A DNA stretch of 44,344 nucleotides from Tubiluchus corallicola (lineage: Eukaryota > Animalia > Priapulida). Location: positions 1-44,344 of the forward strand of contig JAQGDQ010000938.1 in the NCBI GenBank assembly GCA_030141605.1, read 5' to 3'. Positions 24,634 to 37,628 of this stretch are shown piece after piece. The first letter of the stretch is position 1; the number at the start of each line of letters is the position of its first letter. Position numbers and translations under genes: made by a program. The notes under the pieces are model-generated. The model had not been told where the DNA came from. It made no database searches and worked only from the letters and a program-made list of their open reading frames with translations.

Positions 24634-25177
24634 AGGAAAACCGGATGATTGTGTAAACATGAGTTCAGAATAAAGAATGCTCTAAAATATAGAAAACTAT
24701 TATAGCTTTTTTTAAAGCTTAGATTAAATAATAATTACCTCGGATAATCAAATATCGTTGAACTTTCAAAGCTACGCGCGGCTCAGTGAATCTACTAAGA
24801 TTGGCAGCGGCGCCTTTTTGCCACATTCGCGTGGCTGACAAATAGAAGGCGGTACCGTGATAACCATGATCATGAACTGCTGTGTTAGTTTCTGACGTCA
24901 TATAATGTAAAGCCCATTTTTCGTGACATCATGCGTTTAAGCAGTACTGTAATACTTATGCAAACGTGCTTGAGGCGCAAGGGAAGACGCCTTTCATTGC
25001 ACAAACTGTGGTTAGTTTCTGACGCAAGCAATAGCTGTGTTCGGTTGCCGTTTATTAACTTTCTAAGCTAATTATTCAAATATAAGGAACAATTGTTAAC
25101 TTTTATAGGCAAGAGAATGTATATTTTGGACAGCAAATTAAAATGAGATTAAGTCTAAATAATCATCCGGTTTTCCT
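24634..25177. mobile_element. Kolobok/T2-type MITE family A, copy 3 (intact TIRs)
   Basis: TTAA|AGGAAAACCGGATGATT...AATCATCCGGTTTTCCT|TTAA: perfect 17-bp TIR with TTAA TSD; AGG ends fit Kolobok rather than piggyBac. Confidence 0.9.
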
Positions 25178-25446
25178 TTAAACATCGGTGTAAATTTAGT
25201 ACAGTTTTTAAGAGTTATTCCTTTGCAACATTTATGTATTTGAAGTGTATAATGTGCAGCAATGAAATTAGTCAATGAACATTGTATTTGTGACCACCTA
25301 TGATTACTTACAGAAGGCGGTAGAAGTCAATACTTAAGGAATAAACACTAAAAGCATGAAGAACATTTCAGCTAGCTAAAGTCAGGCCTACTGACTAAAT
25401 AATTAAGAACTTGTGCTGGGCTAATGTCTCTACACTTTTTCCACAG

Positions 25447-25643
25447 ATAACCTATCGGACGAGTTGGAAGGCACCCGAGGCCATGTGTCCACAATCGAAT
25501 CACAGATCAAGCAACTGGAGGCATCGACGTCACCAGCAACAAAGAGTGACATAGAGAACGGGAACGCCCTAAATGGACAGGTGAATAAGAGCGAAGCGAG
25601 CCTGCGCAGCATCCCGGAGAGTGGCCCCTGCCCATCTCCATCG
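25447..25643 (+). CDS. SLC24A2: NCKX/SLC24 coding exon (cytosolic loop: DNLSDELEGTRGHV...PCPSPS)
   Basis: TTTTTCCACAG| acceptor, phase 1 start matching the 9917 donor; TCG|GTAC phase 0 end matching the 35621 exon; GC-richer than flanks. Confidence 0.8.
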
Positions 25644-25746
25644 GTACTGTTATAAACACTAATCGTCCCCCACCCCCACATTGTTTGTTGTGTTGGTCAG
25701 TTTTAGAACTAGAGACACACCCCACAACGTATTAGAGGTAGGCATT

Positions 25747-25880
25747 TGGCACGTGTTAAAAATAACCAGTCACGTGACGTAAATTTAACCATTGGCGTAG
25801 TCGCACGTCATCCGTGGCACGTGTTAGAAATAACCAGTCACGTGAAGTGAATTTAACCAACGGCGTAGTCGCACGTCATC
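25747..25880. repeat. 68-bp tandem duplication rich in CACGTG motifs
   Basis: TGGCACGTGTTA.AAATAACCAGTCACGTGA...GGCGTAGTCGCACGTCATC occurs twice. Confidence 0.85.
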
Positions 25881-26340
25881 TTTAGTAACGTCTGCTTTGA
25901 TTGTAGAATAGGCATTGTCGTGTGTTAGATTTAGTGAATATTAAGTGTTAGATAGGCATGTTTGTAAGGATACGTATTGTAACGTGTTGAAAATAAATAT
26001 TGTCAAAAATATCCCATCATGCCAGGGGTAAACATTGTGGCTCGTTATAGGTGAACATATAGCAAACAAAGAAGTGTTAGGAAGAATTTATTTTAGCACT
26101 TTAACACAACAGTTTAATTGTTGACAGTGACGCATTAGCTACAGATATTTGTGTTGAACGGTTGCACCTTGTGTCAAGGCTAAGTAAAGATAACTCTTAG
26201 CTGTACATGTATAAATTTTAATAAGAAGTAGATGTTAATTGCTTGTAATCTTAACTGCAGGTTTACGATAAAATGATCTTCTCCGGGTTTGTGAGCTAGT
26301 GAAAGGCTGAGCACACAATTATTAGGGTTTTTGAAACCAT

Positions 26341-26755
26341 GCTTAAACCAATCGTAACCATGAAGACCTTGATTTGAACCAGGAAACTTCGGGTTGTCTA
26401 AGCTCTAGTGCTTAAACCAATCGTAACCATGCAGACCTTGATTTGAACCAGGAAACTTCGGGTTGTCTAAGCTCTAGTGCTTAAACCAATCGTAACCATG
26501 CAGACCTTGATTTGAACCAGGAAACTTCGGGTTGTCTAAGCTCTAGTGCTTAAACCAATCGTAACCATGCAGACCTTGATTTGAACCAGGAAACTTCGGG
26601 TTGTCTAAGCTTTAGTGCTTAAACCAATCGTAACCATGCAGACCTTGATTTGAACCAGGAAACTTCGGGTTGTCTAAGCTCTAATGCTTAAACCAATCGT
26701 AACCATGCAGACCTCGATTTGAACCAGGAAAGTTCGGGTTGTCTAAGCTCTAGTG
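26341..26755. repeat. 69-bp tandem repeat x6, each unit containing a Pol III B-box-like motif on the minus strand
   Basis: Units start at 26341, 26410, 26479...; GATTTGAACC is the reverse complement of GGTTCAAATC. Confidence 0.92.
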
Positions 26756-27263
26756 GTCACCGAGTTGCAATCCACAGATCCCTTTTCACATTCGCATTTA
26801 CTCTCATTTTTCATGGTTTCAAACTTTCAGAATTGTTAATTCACTCCATCATAGAGTGGAAATGTTAGGATTAAGCACTGTGAAGTGTTGGAGTTGAACA
26901 TGTGAAATCAATAAGCTTTGCGTTTCACCGGTCACACAAAAGCAGAAACTCAATCAATGTAATTCGTCAGTCAAAAAAGCTGGAAAGATACACAAGCAAT
27001 CTTCCACCAGTGCTCCATCAAACTCAGTAAAAACATGGCAGACGAGGACGAGTTGCAAGTAAAACAAAAAGACTTTACATTAGTTACAATCGACTTCAGT
27101 AAGCATCGATATACTGGGGCATGTAAAATAAAATTCATTAAAAGTGGAATTACTGGATTAAGTATCATGTTGCTATGAAGCACACAAGTTTTAAATGATT
27201 ACTAATTATTAACCATCCCCCCTGCAGAATGTTGTGATAGCAGAATGTACTTTCGAGCTTTAA

Positions 27264-27900
27264 CCCTTATAAGGTCACCGGGGGGTAGAAAATTACCTCC
27301 AGACCGGTTTTTCTGCATTTTGCCCCTTTACCATACGCATCCCAGTAAACCTTTTCTATGACTTTTTCTAAATGTGTTTTGTGCACAAAATACTTTCAGT
27401 TATTTATTTTAGGCGCATTGTCTCACCACGAAATAAAAGTGAAAATGCAATATGTCGATTTCTTAAAATTGTCGAAACCTTACTTCGCTTGTCTATACAT
27501 TATACGGGCGATGTATCTGATAAAACAAAATGTCAGACGTCTGTATGCTGACGTAGAACTAGTCTACTCACAACTACAAAGACAATCAGATCATAAACTC
27601 AGACACTCAGCATTTTCAATGTTGCTAGCAATGTCGGTTGTCTACAATTATTCCAACACAGATAAGGGAACGTAACTAACCGAATTTAAATTTCGTATTA
27701 CTAGTAAGTCACATGTCTTTAAGCAGAGGTATAATGTTTCCTAGGTTGGTCAGCATAACCACAAATTATGATGTTGCTGTTTACTAATGAAACACGGCGG
27801 CGGTTTATCAAAAGTAATTTACGAATTATGATGGGGTAATTTTTACCCCCCCCCCCCCGGTTACCAAAATCGGTTGTAAAAAAATCGTGACCCTATAAGG
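27264..27900. mobile_element. piggyBac-like MITE, right end uncertain
   Basis: TTAA|CCCTTATAAGGTCACCGGGG... with inverted match GTGACCCTATAAGG at ~27887-27900 and inverted subterminal GGGTA.AAAATTACC; no right TTAA seen. Confidence 0.55.
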
Positions 27901-28814
27901 TACATAAAAAATATATTGTAACGATACAGGCAGTCATTGGGTATTGCTTACGGTAAATATGGTAAAGTGTTGAAGGAAAACACTGTGAAGAGATATCTAT
28001 CTGGAAAGATGTAAGAGTAATGAAAAGGAGACAAACCGTTTCTTGGATGTGCTTTGATGAATGGATTACCACTAAGTACGTAACCGACTATCTTTCTCAT
28101 CTTACCAGCAAGTCACCAATGCGATAAAATCACAAGCTTTATGAAATACCTTTTTAGGAAAACGAGCTAAACTGCTATTCGTTTGAACTATGTATATACT
28201 GTACTTGTGGATTCTAGACAATTGATTACACTAAATGCTTATTGCAAGAAAAAGTTCCACTGTATTTTAGAATTATTTGTCGCGTCTTTAGAGAATGAAG
28301 GTTTTGATTTTATTTCCAACTTCGGGATAGGATTACTTCGTTTCTGAACAAATTCTCTTGTGGATACCAATATAAGAAATATTGGTCCAAACCGATAAGA
28401 CAAACGGCAGTACGGCTTTGATTTGGTGTGATAAACTTGAAATTAATTGATTTATAAAGTACAAGAAAATCGAAAAACAAGAAGAAAATAGTAACTGCAA
28501 AAATTTAGCGAAATACTAATAATAATAATTACCAAACAGTAGTGATTAACGAGTAAGGAAATAAGTTGAGAAAAAAACTATTGTAGGTACATTTAGTATT
28601 ACGCATTTAAAATCAAAATTAAAGAGAAAATATACTATCGTTGCTTTACAAAATATTAGCAATTGATCGTACATGAAATTAGTTATCGTCACTACATTAT
28701 AATTAGTACAAAAGTAGAATCATTTATGTCTACTTACGATTTTAATGGCCTTATTTAAACATCACATTTGTCAGTAAGATATAATTCGAAAACCAGAACT
28801 ACATGTACACTTGA

Positions 28815-29630
28815 CGGAGTATGTACGAAAATGAGAACGACAGATCTATACAGTATAGCGTATACATGCGAAAGTATGTACGAAAATGAGAACGACAGGT
28901 CTATACAGTATAGAGTATACAGGCGAAAGTATGTACGAAAATGCGAATGACAGGTCTATCAGTATAGAGTATACAGGCGAAAGTATGTACGAAAATGCGA
29001 ATGACAGGTCTATCAGTATAGAGTATACAGGCGAAAGTACGTACGAAAATGAGAATGACAAGTCTATACAGTATAGAGTATACAGGCTAAAGTACGTACG
29101 AAAATGAGAATGACAGGTCTATACAGTATAGAGTATACAGGCGAAAGTACGTAGGAAAATGCGAACGACAGGTCTATACAGTATAGAGTATACAGGCGAA
29201 AGTACGTACGAAAATGAGAATGACAGGTCTATACAGTATAGAGTATACAGGCGAAAGTACGTACGAAAATGAGAATGACAGGTCTATACAGTATAGAGTA
29301 TACAGGCTAAAGTACGTACGAAAATGAGAATGACAGGTTTATACAGTATAGAGTATACATGCGAAAGTACGTAGGAAAATGAGAACGACAGGTCTATACA
29401 GTATAGAGTATACAGGCGAAAGTACGTACGAAAATGCGAATGACAGGTCTATACAGTATAGAGTATACAGGCGAAAGTACGTACGAAAATGCGAATGACA
29501 GGTCTATACAGTATAGAGTATACAGGCGAAAGTACGTAGGAAAATGAGAATGACAGGTCTATCAGTATAGAGTATACAGGCTAAAGTATGTACGAAAATG
29601 AGAACGACAGGCCTACAGACAATAGAATAT
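28815..29630. repeat. 55-bp minisatellite, ~14-15 copies
   Basis: Unit GTACGAAAATGAGAATGACAGGTCTATACAGTATAGAGTATACAGGCGAAAGTAC. Confidence 0.96.
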
Positions 29631-31100
29631 AGAGGCGTGTGGTGATTCATTTTAAGTTTTAATGCATAGTAGGGATATACAGTCACATTTACATCTTTCT
29701 TGATTCATGTGTGTTTCTGACAGACATTGTGCAATGTTATCACATGCAAACTCGACTGATATGCTCAGAGGGTTTGCTACTAAAACTGCAAATTTATGAA
29801 CACTGAAAACTAGTATAATGCTGAATAGCCCAAAAGCATGAAAACTGAAAACAGTAATTTAACATAACAAAAGAAACTGCATTATGCTGTCTTAGAAGAC
29901 GCATGTTTTCCATACTAACGTTCAAGCTCTCATTCTAGCTTCAGGATGCAACATGAGAATCTGAGACGCTGTTCCATCTTTCTTCATCTCATGCCATCTT
30001 ATTAAAGCTGTTTTTTGTGCTGTACACACGGTATTAAATAGCGCAGGTTTTTATAAAGGCAGGTTTTTGTAAGGTTACAACTGCACTCAACAGCTGATGT
30101 CAACATAGCACAATCTATTATCTTTTTTTCCTACCATTTCCACTAACACATCCTTCTACCCTTCCTGTGTGATCTAATCTTTCTCCCAGTTCTTTTTTTT
30201 GTTCAAACATCAATTCTTTTTTTATCGGGTTCACATGACAGTGGGCTTATACAAGCCTTTGCTTCTCTAGCCCCACTGCAGTACAATTATTCTTTTACGA
30301 TAACGATAGTGAATGAAACATAACAATTTAATATAGTAGATGTAATAGTTTTGATGTCGCTGTGTGCTTAATGTCATTATATTGTACTGAATGTGATAAT
30401 AATAATAAATAAATAAATAAAATAAATAAATAACACACTGAAGCAGAAATTCCTCTAACTTGTTCTCTCTGTGTTTTTTGCCCAGGCTTTTAATTACTGA
30501 AAAGTGAACGCCTCAAAGACTCGGTTTCAATAATGAATACCTTCCCTGACAAACTGTTTGAATTATGAGCTTCTGTCTGCCTGCAGGATTAAAATTCTCT
30601 ACGACCTGGGAAGCTGGGATGAAATTGTAAATCTTTATAGAAGTCGGGTTCTTTTATTAAACATGATGCGTTTTACTCAGAGACCTAACCCACGCGCTTG
30701 TTTTGCAGCGCCATCTATGCAAAGTTGTCATCTAAATTTGATATTTCAGCTACAGGGATTCCTGTTACCAACTTAGTAGAAAAAGCAATGTAATGTATAC
30801 GCTCAAACCAAAGTTGCGTTCCCATATCTACGTTAGTTTATTCTGCAAAATACAAATTTTCTGTAGTCTACAATTACTACCTCTACAAAACTACTGAAAT
30901 AAGTGCTAGAAAAATAAGTGCTACAGATTACTACGTTACACTAAAGCTAAAATGCATACATACATTGTTGGTCCAATATTGAGTCGAGAAAAAGCCAGAA
31001 TGTCAGTAAAAGGTAGCAGTATAATTATAAGTCAAATTTTAAATGTAACAGAGACGTGTGTACATAACAAGTTCCACCTATACAATGTCAGAGTAGAAAA

Positions 31101-31240
31101 AGTAGTCTAGCTTGTTGAGCTACAGTCTAATATATTGTGGCTTCTAATGCATATACTACCTTGGGAAGGAGTAGTCTAGTTTGTTGAACTGCAGTCTAAT
31201 ATTTTATGGCTTCTAATGCATATACTACCTTGAGAAGGGG
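31101..31240. repeat. ~70-bp tandem duplication
   Basis: AGTAGTCTAG.TTGTTGA.CT.CAGTCTAATAT...GCATATACTACCTTG occurs twice. Confidence 0.8.
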
Positions 31241-32568
31241 TAATGGACCAAAACATTTGCACCTGCAACAAGCAAGTTGGAAGAGGCGTAGAGTATCTGA
31301 GTTCCCAGAAATTTACTGTCACACTATAATTCATGTATTGCTAAGTTGTGATATAGTTCTCGTGCTGAACTTGCGAACTACTTTGAAATAAAAGCGCTTT
31401 TTGTATAAACGTTTTAAAAACAGGTTGATGACTTGTCTGAGCGAATATTAATGAAGGTGACCTTTTTTATGATGCACCAAAAAAGGTGGTGAAGCTTCCA
31501 TTTGTTCACACGGAATGCTGACTGTGGTTTATAGTTTAACTATTCATTAGTATTAATTTAGGTGTTTAGATCTGTACCGTTTAAAATTTTCGTAGTTGTT
31601 TGTATTTAGTGTATCGTCTGTATTCATGCGCAAAAACATATCACTCCTTTGGTACATCACTTAGTCAGATACATTAGACGTGAAAAACGCCCAAAACGGA
31701 TTGACAGGAAATCCGTTAGTAGGTACAGTTAAGTAGCGCCAAGCCTAATTAGTAAATTGAGAGGTGACGTCTAGGACAAAAGTACTTTTAAGATTTTCAT
31801 TTGCTATGTTGTCCCTCGTTGTGGGTGATGCGTGCACACGTGTAGTTAGCTGAGAGGATCTGTCATGGCGGATTATTCTTGATAATGACCTTGAATCTGA
31901 TTCCACCCAAGACCCCGTTAGAAGACTTTTGAAGTAGCCTTGATCCCACCGTAAGGCCCGGGTGAATACCAGCTAGCAGCCTGTTAAACTTTTACACAAG
32001 GTGGACTGTGGAAAAGTTGCAAAATTTTGATTTGAACGTTCTAAAGTCTTTCGAACTAAGTCGAAAAACTTATCAGCAACTTTTGCTGTTCGCAAACACA
32101 CATGATTACAAACATTACGACAAAAATTATCGTAAATTAATAAAAATCGTATTAAGTCTTTGCTAGAGTGAATCTCGCTAGAGCTAGATGATTGTAATAA
32201 TGAACTTCTGCACATCGAGAACTTTGTGACTTGCATTTTTTAAAACATCTGCGAGACAGAGACACGTATACCTAATTACTAGAATGATATTAATTATGCT
32301 AATGACCGGGCTCTAGAAGCCCTATCAAAAGACAGTAGGCCTACATGTCGTTTTTCTGGTTTCTTACGAAAGCTCAGAATAACTAATGTTTTGACTAAAA
32401 CTGATACAATAGACATGAACCAATCTCAACTTTTGTTCTTTTCATCTTTGACACTGACATGCAAGATTGCCTTCTTAGCGAACCACATTATAGATGGTCA
32501 ACATGCCAGCAGTGTTTTTAAGGTTCAAACATTCAACGTTTAACTATGCAGAAACTTGATTGTATTAA

Positions 32569-33119
32569 AGGAAAACCGGACGATTGTGTAAACATGAGTT
32601 CAGAATAAAGAATGCTCTAAAATATTGAAAAATACAAAAGCTCTTTTTAAATCAAAGCTTAGATTAAATAATAATTACCTCGGATACTCAAATTTCGTTA
32701 AACTTTCAAAGCTACGCGCGGCTCAGTGAATCTACTAAGATTGGCAGCGGCGCCGTTTTATCACATGCGCGTGGCCGATAAATAGAAGACGGTACCGTGA
32801 TAAGCATGATCATGAACTGCTGCAGTGTTAGTTTCTGACGCCATATGATGCAAAGCCCATTTTCGTGACATCATGCGTTTAAACAATGATATAACACTTA
32901 TGCAAATGTGCTTGACACGCAAGGGAAGACGCCTGCCATTGCACAAACTGTGGTTAGTTTCTGACGTAAGCAATAGCTGTGTTCGGTTGCCGTTAATTAA
33001 CTTTCTAAGCTAATTATTCAAACATAAGAAACAACTGCTAACTTTTATAGGCAAGAAAATGTATATTTTGGACAGTAAATTAAAATGAGATTGAGTCTAA
33101 ACAATCGTCTGGTCTTCCT
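32569..33119. mobile_element. Kolobok/T2-type MITE family A, copy 4
   Basis: TTAA|AGGAAAACCGGACGATTG...CAATCGTCTGGTCTTCCT|TTAA. Confidence 0.88.
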
Positions 33120-33412
33120 TTAAGTTACTCATAACAAGTTCTTTAATTTGAGCAATTTACGGAGCATAAAACTAATGGGCAGTGTGGACAATTATAGGCT
33201 GCACTCTCCTCCTTAGTGAAAAGTAACAAAGTTTGGAAGAGGAAAGCGTGCAATTAGAAGCCAGTTAACTTGGAAAAATCACTTCGATTAAACAGCTCTT
33301 AGAAAATGGTGCCAATGTAAGCTACGTCTACGGCTTCAGCTGTTTATCTAATCACAGCTGGAAACAGCGTCAATCTTTGTAAACCTAATATAGTTAATAT
33401 AGGCGTCTCTAG

Positions 33413-33735
33413 CAGAGAAAGGGAGGAGAAGAGGAAAAAGAGGAAAGGGAAAGATCGATTAAGGAGCCCAGGAGGCACAGAATAATGAGAAAATAGGAAG
33501 TGCGATACAAGGAAGCAACGGAAAATGGACTGAGGTGGAAAGAAGAAGAAAAACGAATAAAAGAAGGAACAAAAAATAGAAATAAAGAAAGCGAAAAAAA
33601 AAGAAAAAGGAACGAAATACAAAGAAACGTGGAGAGAATAAAAAAGGCATAAAGGGAAAGAATTAGAATGAAGGAAGAGGAGAGAGGAGAAAAGGGGAAA
33701 CAGTAGAAAATAAATAACAAAGAAGGGAGGGAATG
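33413..33735. repeat. Purine-rich low-complexity tract
   Basis: Predominantly A/G on the + strand. Confidence 0.85.
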
Positions 33736-34472
33736 GTTCAAGGTAATCATTAAGCCGACTGCATGGTTTTACTCCACGACGGTTAATAATCTAATAACGC
33801 ATACTCTGCCTGCACTGTAAGCTGCATCAGTAAAGCTTCTCTCATGACTGATTATCTATGATGAAATTACAGCTAAAAGACAGTGACTGTGACATATAAT
33901 TCTCACTCAAGCGAGATATTTCCTTAATAACGAGCTTTCAGCCCTTGATAACATGGTCGCGAAAATCGAACAGATCAATCAAGGGAGAATTACCATTCCA
34001 TTATTTTTTTTATTTTATTAAATGAAACAATAGCTGCTATGTCTAGCCATGTCAGTTTAAGTAGAACAGAAGACATTAAATTTTATTGTAAAACTCAATC
34101 TGATTATACAAAAGATAATCAGTAACTAAACTAATGTTTTTTGTGGATGATAACTGGAAAATTTTAAATTAATTTACAAAGTTTGCAAATTACAAAAGTA
34201 CAAATATTTTGGTGGTACGTATGCTTGGTCTAGATTCAAAATCTTGACTTAGTCTGGCTAACCTGTATGCGAAAAATGCAACATCTATTAATAGGCTCAC
34301 TACATATCAACAACTTTGCACTTGGAGCAGCTGCATTATTTAGTTTTCTCTATTACAAGACAGAAAATATCAAATCGGTCCACTTTGAACATCAGCCAAC
34401 AAACAAACACACGTCCTCGATTCCTAATCTATCTGTAGACATTGCTTTAAACATCTCAGTTCTCCATAAATA

Positions 34473-35010
34473 CAGGCTGTCTCAAAAATCACTGTACAGT
34501 TTGATTTCTAATTTTCTTTTTAAAAAATTTTTTCTTCAATCTCGACAAATTCTTACGTGAATCAAAAGGGGCCTTTTATCAACCTTTTTTAATTATAATA
34601 AAACTATGACTGCTAACCTGTTGCTATGGCGATGACAGTAATGTTAAAAGTGAGCTGCAGAATCAGCCTGGCATGAGGACCTCTATCTCCAACTGAAGTT
34701 CATTGTGGAAATTCAGAGCACCATATGGACCACAACAGTGCACAAGGTGCAGTCTTTTCTTACAACTCATGGACCGTAAGATACTTTTTATACTGTAAGA
34801 TGCCCGACGTGCCTTTGGATTGGCCCCTAAAGCTCTTGAGGCCCCTGAAAAAGGTTGTGAGAATAACAGAACCTGCTAGTGCAGTAGTTCTTTCCAGATT
34901 CTTGTCTAATTTGACTAAAAGAATTGGCCAAGGTTTTAGTTCATCTGTACCACTTTGCTTTGATTGCTAAAAAAATGTAAAAAGTCTACCGTGACTTATG
35001 AGGCGCCCTG
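34473..35010. mobile_element. Tc1/mariner-type non-autonomous element with diverged TIRs
   Basis: TA|CAGGCTGTCTCAAAAATCACTGTA...TACCGTGACTTATGAGGCGCCCTG|TA. Confidence 0.65.
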
Positions 35011-35620
35011 TATTTGTCTTTCGCGACACTTATCATGCTTATATATTTCAAATTCAGTCTAGTGTCGCTAATACCTTTAAGTGTTGCATCTATTTAAAAT
35101 GTATCCACCTTGAAAATATTAGGCAGATTTTAGTAATTCATTAGTACCTGTTTGGAAGCTGAAGCCATCTGATTTTGATAATTTTTGTCCTTTGTTCTTT
35201 GTTTATTTTTGGGTAGAATCCTTGGAGATCTCATTTGTTTCAGATCTCGCTTGATGGACGGCTCGTTTGTTGCACATCAGATTTTTGCGTAACCGACTCT
35301 CGATGGCATCTACCTCTGTTGTGTTTCCTTCAATGTGCAAAGCCCCGAATTATGTTGGAATACAGTTTCAGTTAGGTGCAGATAAACTGAGACGGGCTAA
35401 TACTTTCATTCTTGTTTCTAGAGAGATCTTTTCGTTGGTTGACTTACCTAGCAAACAGAAACACCGTAGCTAGTTTAAGACAAGCAAACACCGCCCCCCC
35501 CCCCGTAGATAGTCCACTAGGTACAAAACATTGCAGAGTTTCAGAAAACCTTTTGACGTAGTTAAAATCTTTGTTCTTATATAACTAACTATTATGTAAT
35601 GGCATTTATAAAATCTTTAG

Positions 35621-35746
35621 GTGGAAGAAGAAGAAGTTCCATTGGACATAAGTTGGCCTAAGTCCTGGAAGAAGAGGATCACGTACCTCTTGCTGGCACC
35701 TGTCATTTTTCCTCTTTGGTTAACGCTACCTGACGTGCGAAAACCG
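35621..35746 (+). CDS. SLC24A2: NCKX/SLC24 coding exon ([13 protein letters not shown]...[14 protein letters not shown])
   Basis: TTTAG| acceptor, CCG|GTAGGT donor; acidic stretch + PLxxxWP + FPLWxTLPDVR motif typical of NCKX1/2. Confidence 0.95.
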
Positions 35747-35799
35747 GTAGGTAATTTTATTAATAAGATACCAGCAACTATGATGACAATAAGAAATAT

Positions 35800-35875
35800 A
35801 CCAACAACGACAGCAGCATCAGGAGCAACAACAAAAATAACAACGACAACAACCACATTAAGGACGACGACGACG

Positions 35876-35915
<40 letters not shown>

Positions 35916-36170
35916 CGACGACGACGACGACGACAACAACAACAACGACAGCAGCATCAGGAGCAACAACAAAAATAACAACGACAACAACCACAATAAG
36001 GAGGACGACGACAACAACAACAACAATGACGACAACGACAGCAGCATCAGGAGCAACAACAAAAATAACAGCAACGACGACGACGACAACAACAATAACG
36101 ACGACACCGACGACGACGACAACGACGACGACAACAACAGCAGCACCACCACCACCACCAGTAGCAGCAG
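35800..36170. repeat. (ACA/ACG)n trinucleotide tract with three higher-order blocks
   Basis: ACAGCAGCATCAGGAGCAACAACAAAAATAAC recurs three times between ACA/ACG runs. Confidence 0.93.
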
Positions 36171-37508
36171 AAGTAATGTTGTAGGTATGCACGGGCTAAG
36201 TCAAAATTACCACGCTATAATACGCTGCACACTGTTAACGTTTCAGGTTTACTGAAATGGAATAATCCTACCCGACGCTCTCATCTTCTCTTCGGTTGAG
36301 AACATCGATTCGCGTAGGAAGTTACAGACATAATACTTCTAACGTGCAGGGCAATACTAATTGACAGTCTGTCACGTTTAAAGTTCTCAGTCTAAACCAT
36401 TCGCTATATTTTATAACCCGTAGTTTTCTTACACGCTCACCCCAGCCTGATCATTAATCAACTTTTTATCTGACGTGCTAATACTTCGTTTTGCTACATC
36501 ATTAATTTCCTACTCCTTCCTTTCGCAACTTTATCCAGACTTTGTGTGTCGTGTGCACAAAATGGGCATGTAAAGGCAAACAATATCTTTCGTTACGTTT
36601 ATCACTTATGCCTGTAAAATGAGGCAGATTTTCATAAAATCAAAATCGTTCTGCAGAAAAGCTGTAAAAGTAAAGTAATTATATTGACATAATACAGCTC
36701 ATGTTTGGCCTTGTCTTTACACGTGTTTTCGTTGTTTCCTCTTTAATATTCACCTCTTTAGTCTCCACTTGCTTCGCTCTTCTTAATTTTTTCTCATCTG
36801 TTTTAGTCAGTTCTTTTTTTGTCGTTTTTTGACTAAGCAGGGCTGTTTACTTCGCGCTGTGTTGCATTACCTTGTCTGATTATTTCGTAATTTTATCAAG
36901 AATTTTCTTAATCATGAAATTAACCCACAGTTATTAAAGGCTGAAAGCAATCTTGTCCGAAAGAAATGAAATTTGCAAAGTCCCTCCAAATCCAGGGACA
37001 GAGCCTGGATTTCAAAAAGGAGAATTTAATTAGGACCTGTCATGATAACAGTCCATAGGAGAATAATGCTGTAGACATGGATTCGTCTTGTAAGATCCAC
37101 ATCCAGATTCTGTCCCAGACTTCTTCACACTTCCTTTCTTGATGTTTGACTCGAGTTCACTCTGTCATTACCTTGCCATGTTTCATTGACTGTTTATACA
37201 GTTTTTCGTATCTGTGTAGTGCTTCGCTTTGCTGGTGTTGCATTGCTTTCTTTGCATTTCGTTTTACCCAGCAGTCTTTTCTTTCGCATGCTTTCTATGT
37301 TCTTATGTTTCTCTGTTTCTTTCTTATGTTACTATGTTCTCTTGTCTTGGTTACTCCAACTTAAACGAGCTTTCGTCTTCTCTTGTGATTTCGTTACTTG
37401 ATTATGCCTATTTTCTCTTTTTTCCGTTTTGGGGTTTTCTGTCCTTTCTGCCCTGTAATACTATATAATTATTTCTCTTTTTACAATTATTGAATTTAAT
37501 TTTTTCAG

Positions 37509-37628
37509 CATCTGCGTAAGTGGTTTGGAATAACGTTCATAGGCAGTATCGTATGGATAGCATTGCTAACGTATGTGATGGTTTGGTTGGCGAACGTTGT
37601 TGGTACCACAATCTACATACCTGACGAG
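37509..37628 (+). CDS. SLC24A2: NCKX/SLC24 coding exon (HLRKWFGITFIGSIVWIALLTYVMVWLANVVGTTIYIPDE); absent from ORF track
   Basis: TTTTTCAG| acceptor, GAG|GTAAGA donor, 120 nt phase 0-0; matches the NCKX TM segment FxxTFxGSIxWIxxxxYxMVW. Confidence 0.95.

Noticed and set aside
28815-29630. CRISPR-like array or short ORFs
   Set aside because: Plain 55-bp tandem repeat without spacers.
33344-33750. Hydrophobic Phe/Ser-rich minus-strand ORFs
   Set aside because: Translations of the purine-rich low-complexity tract.
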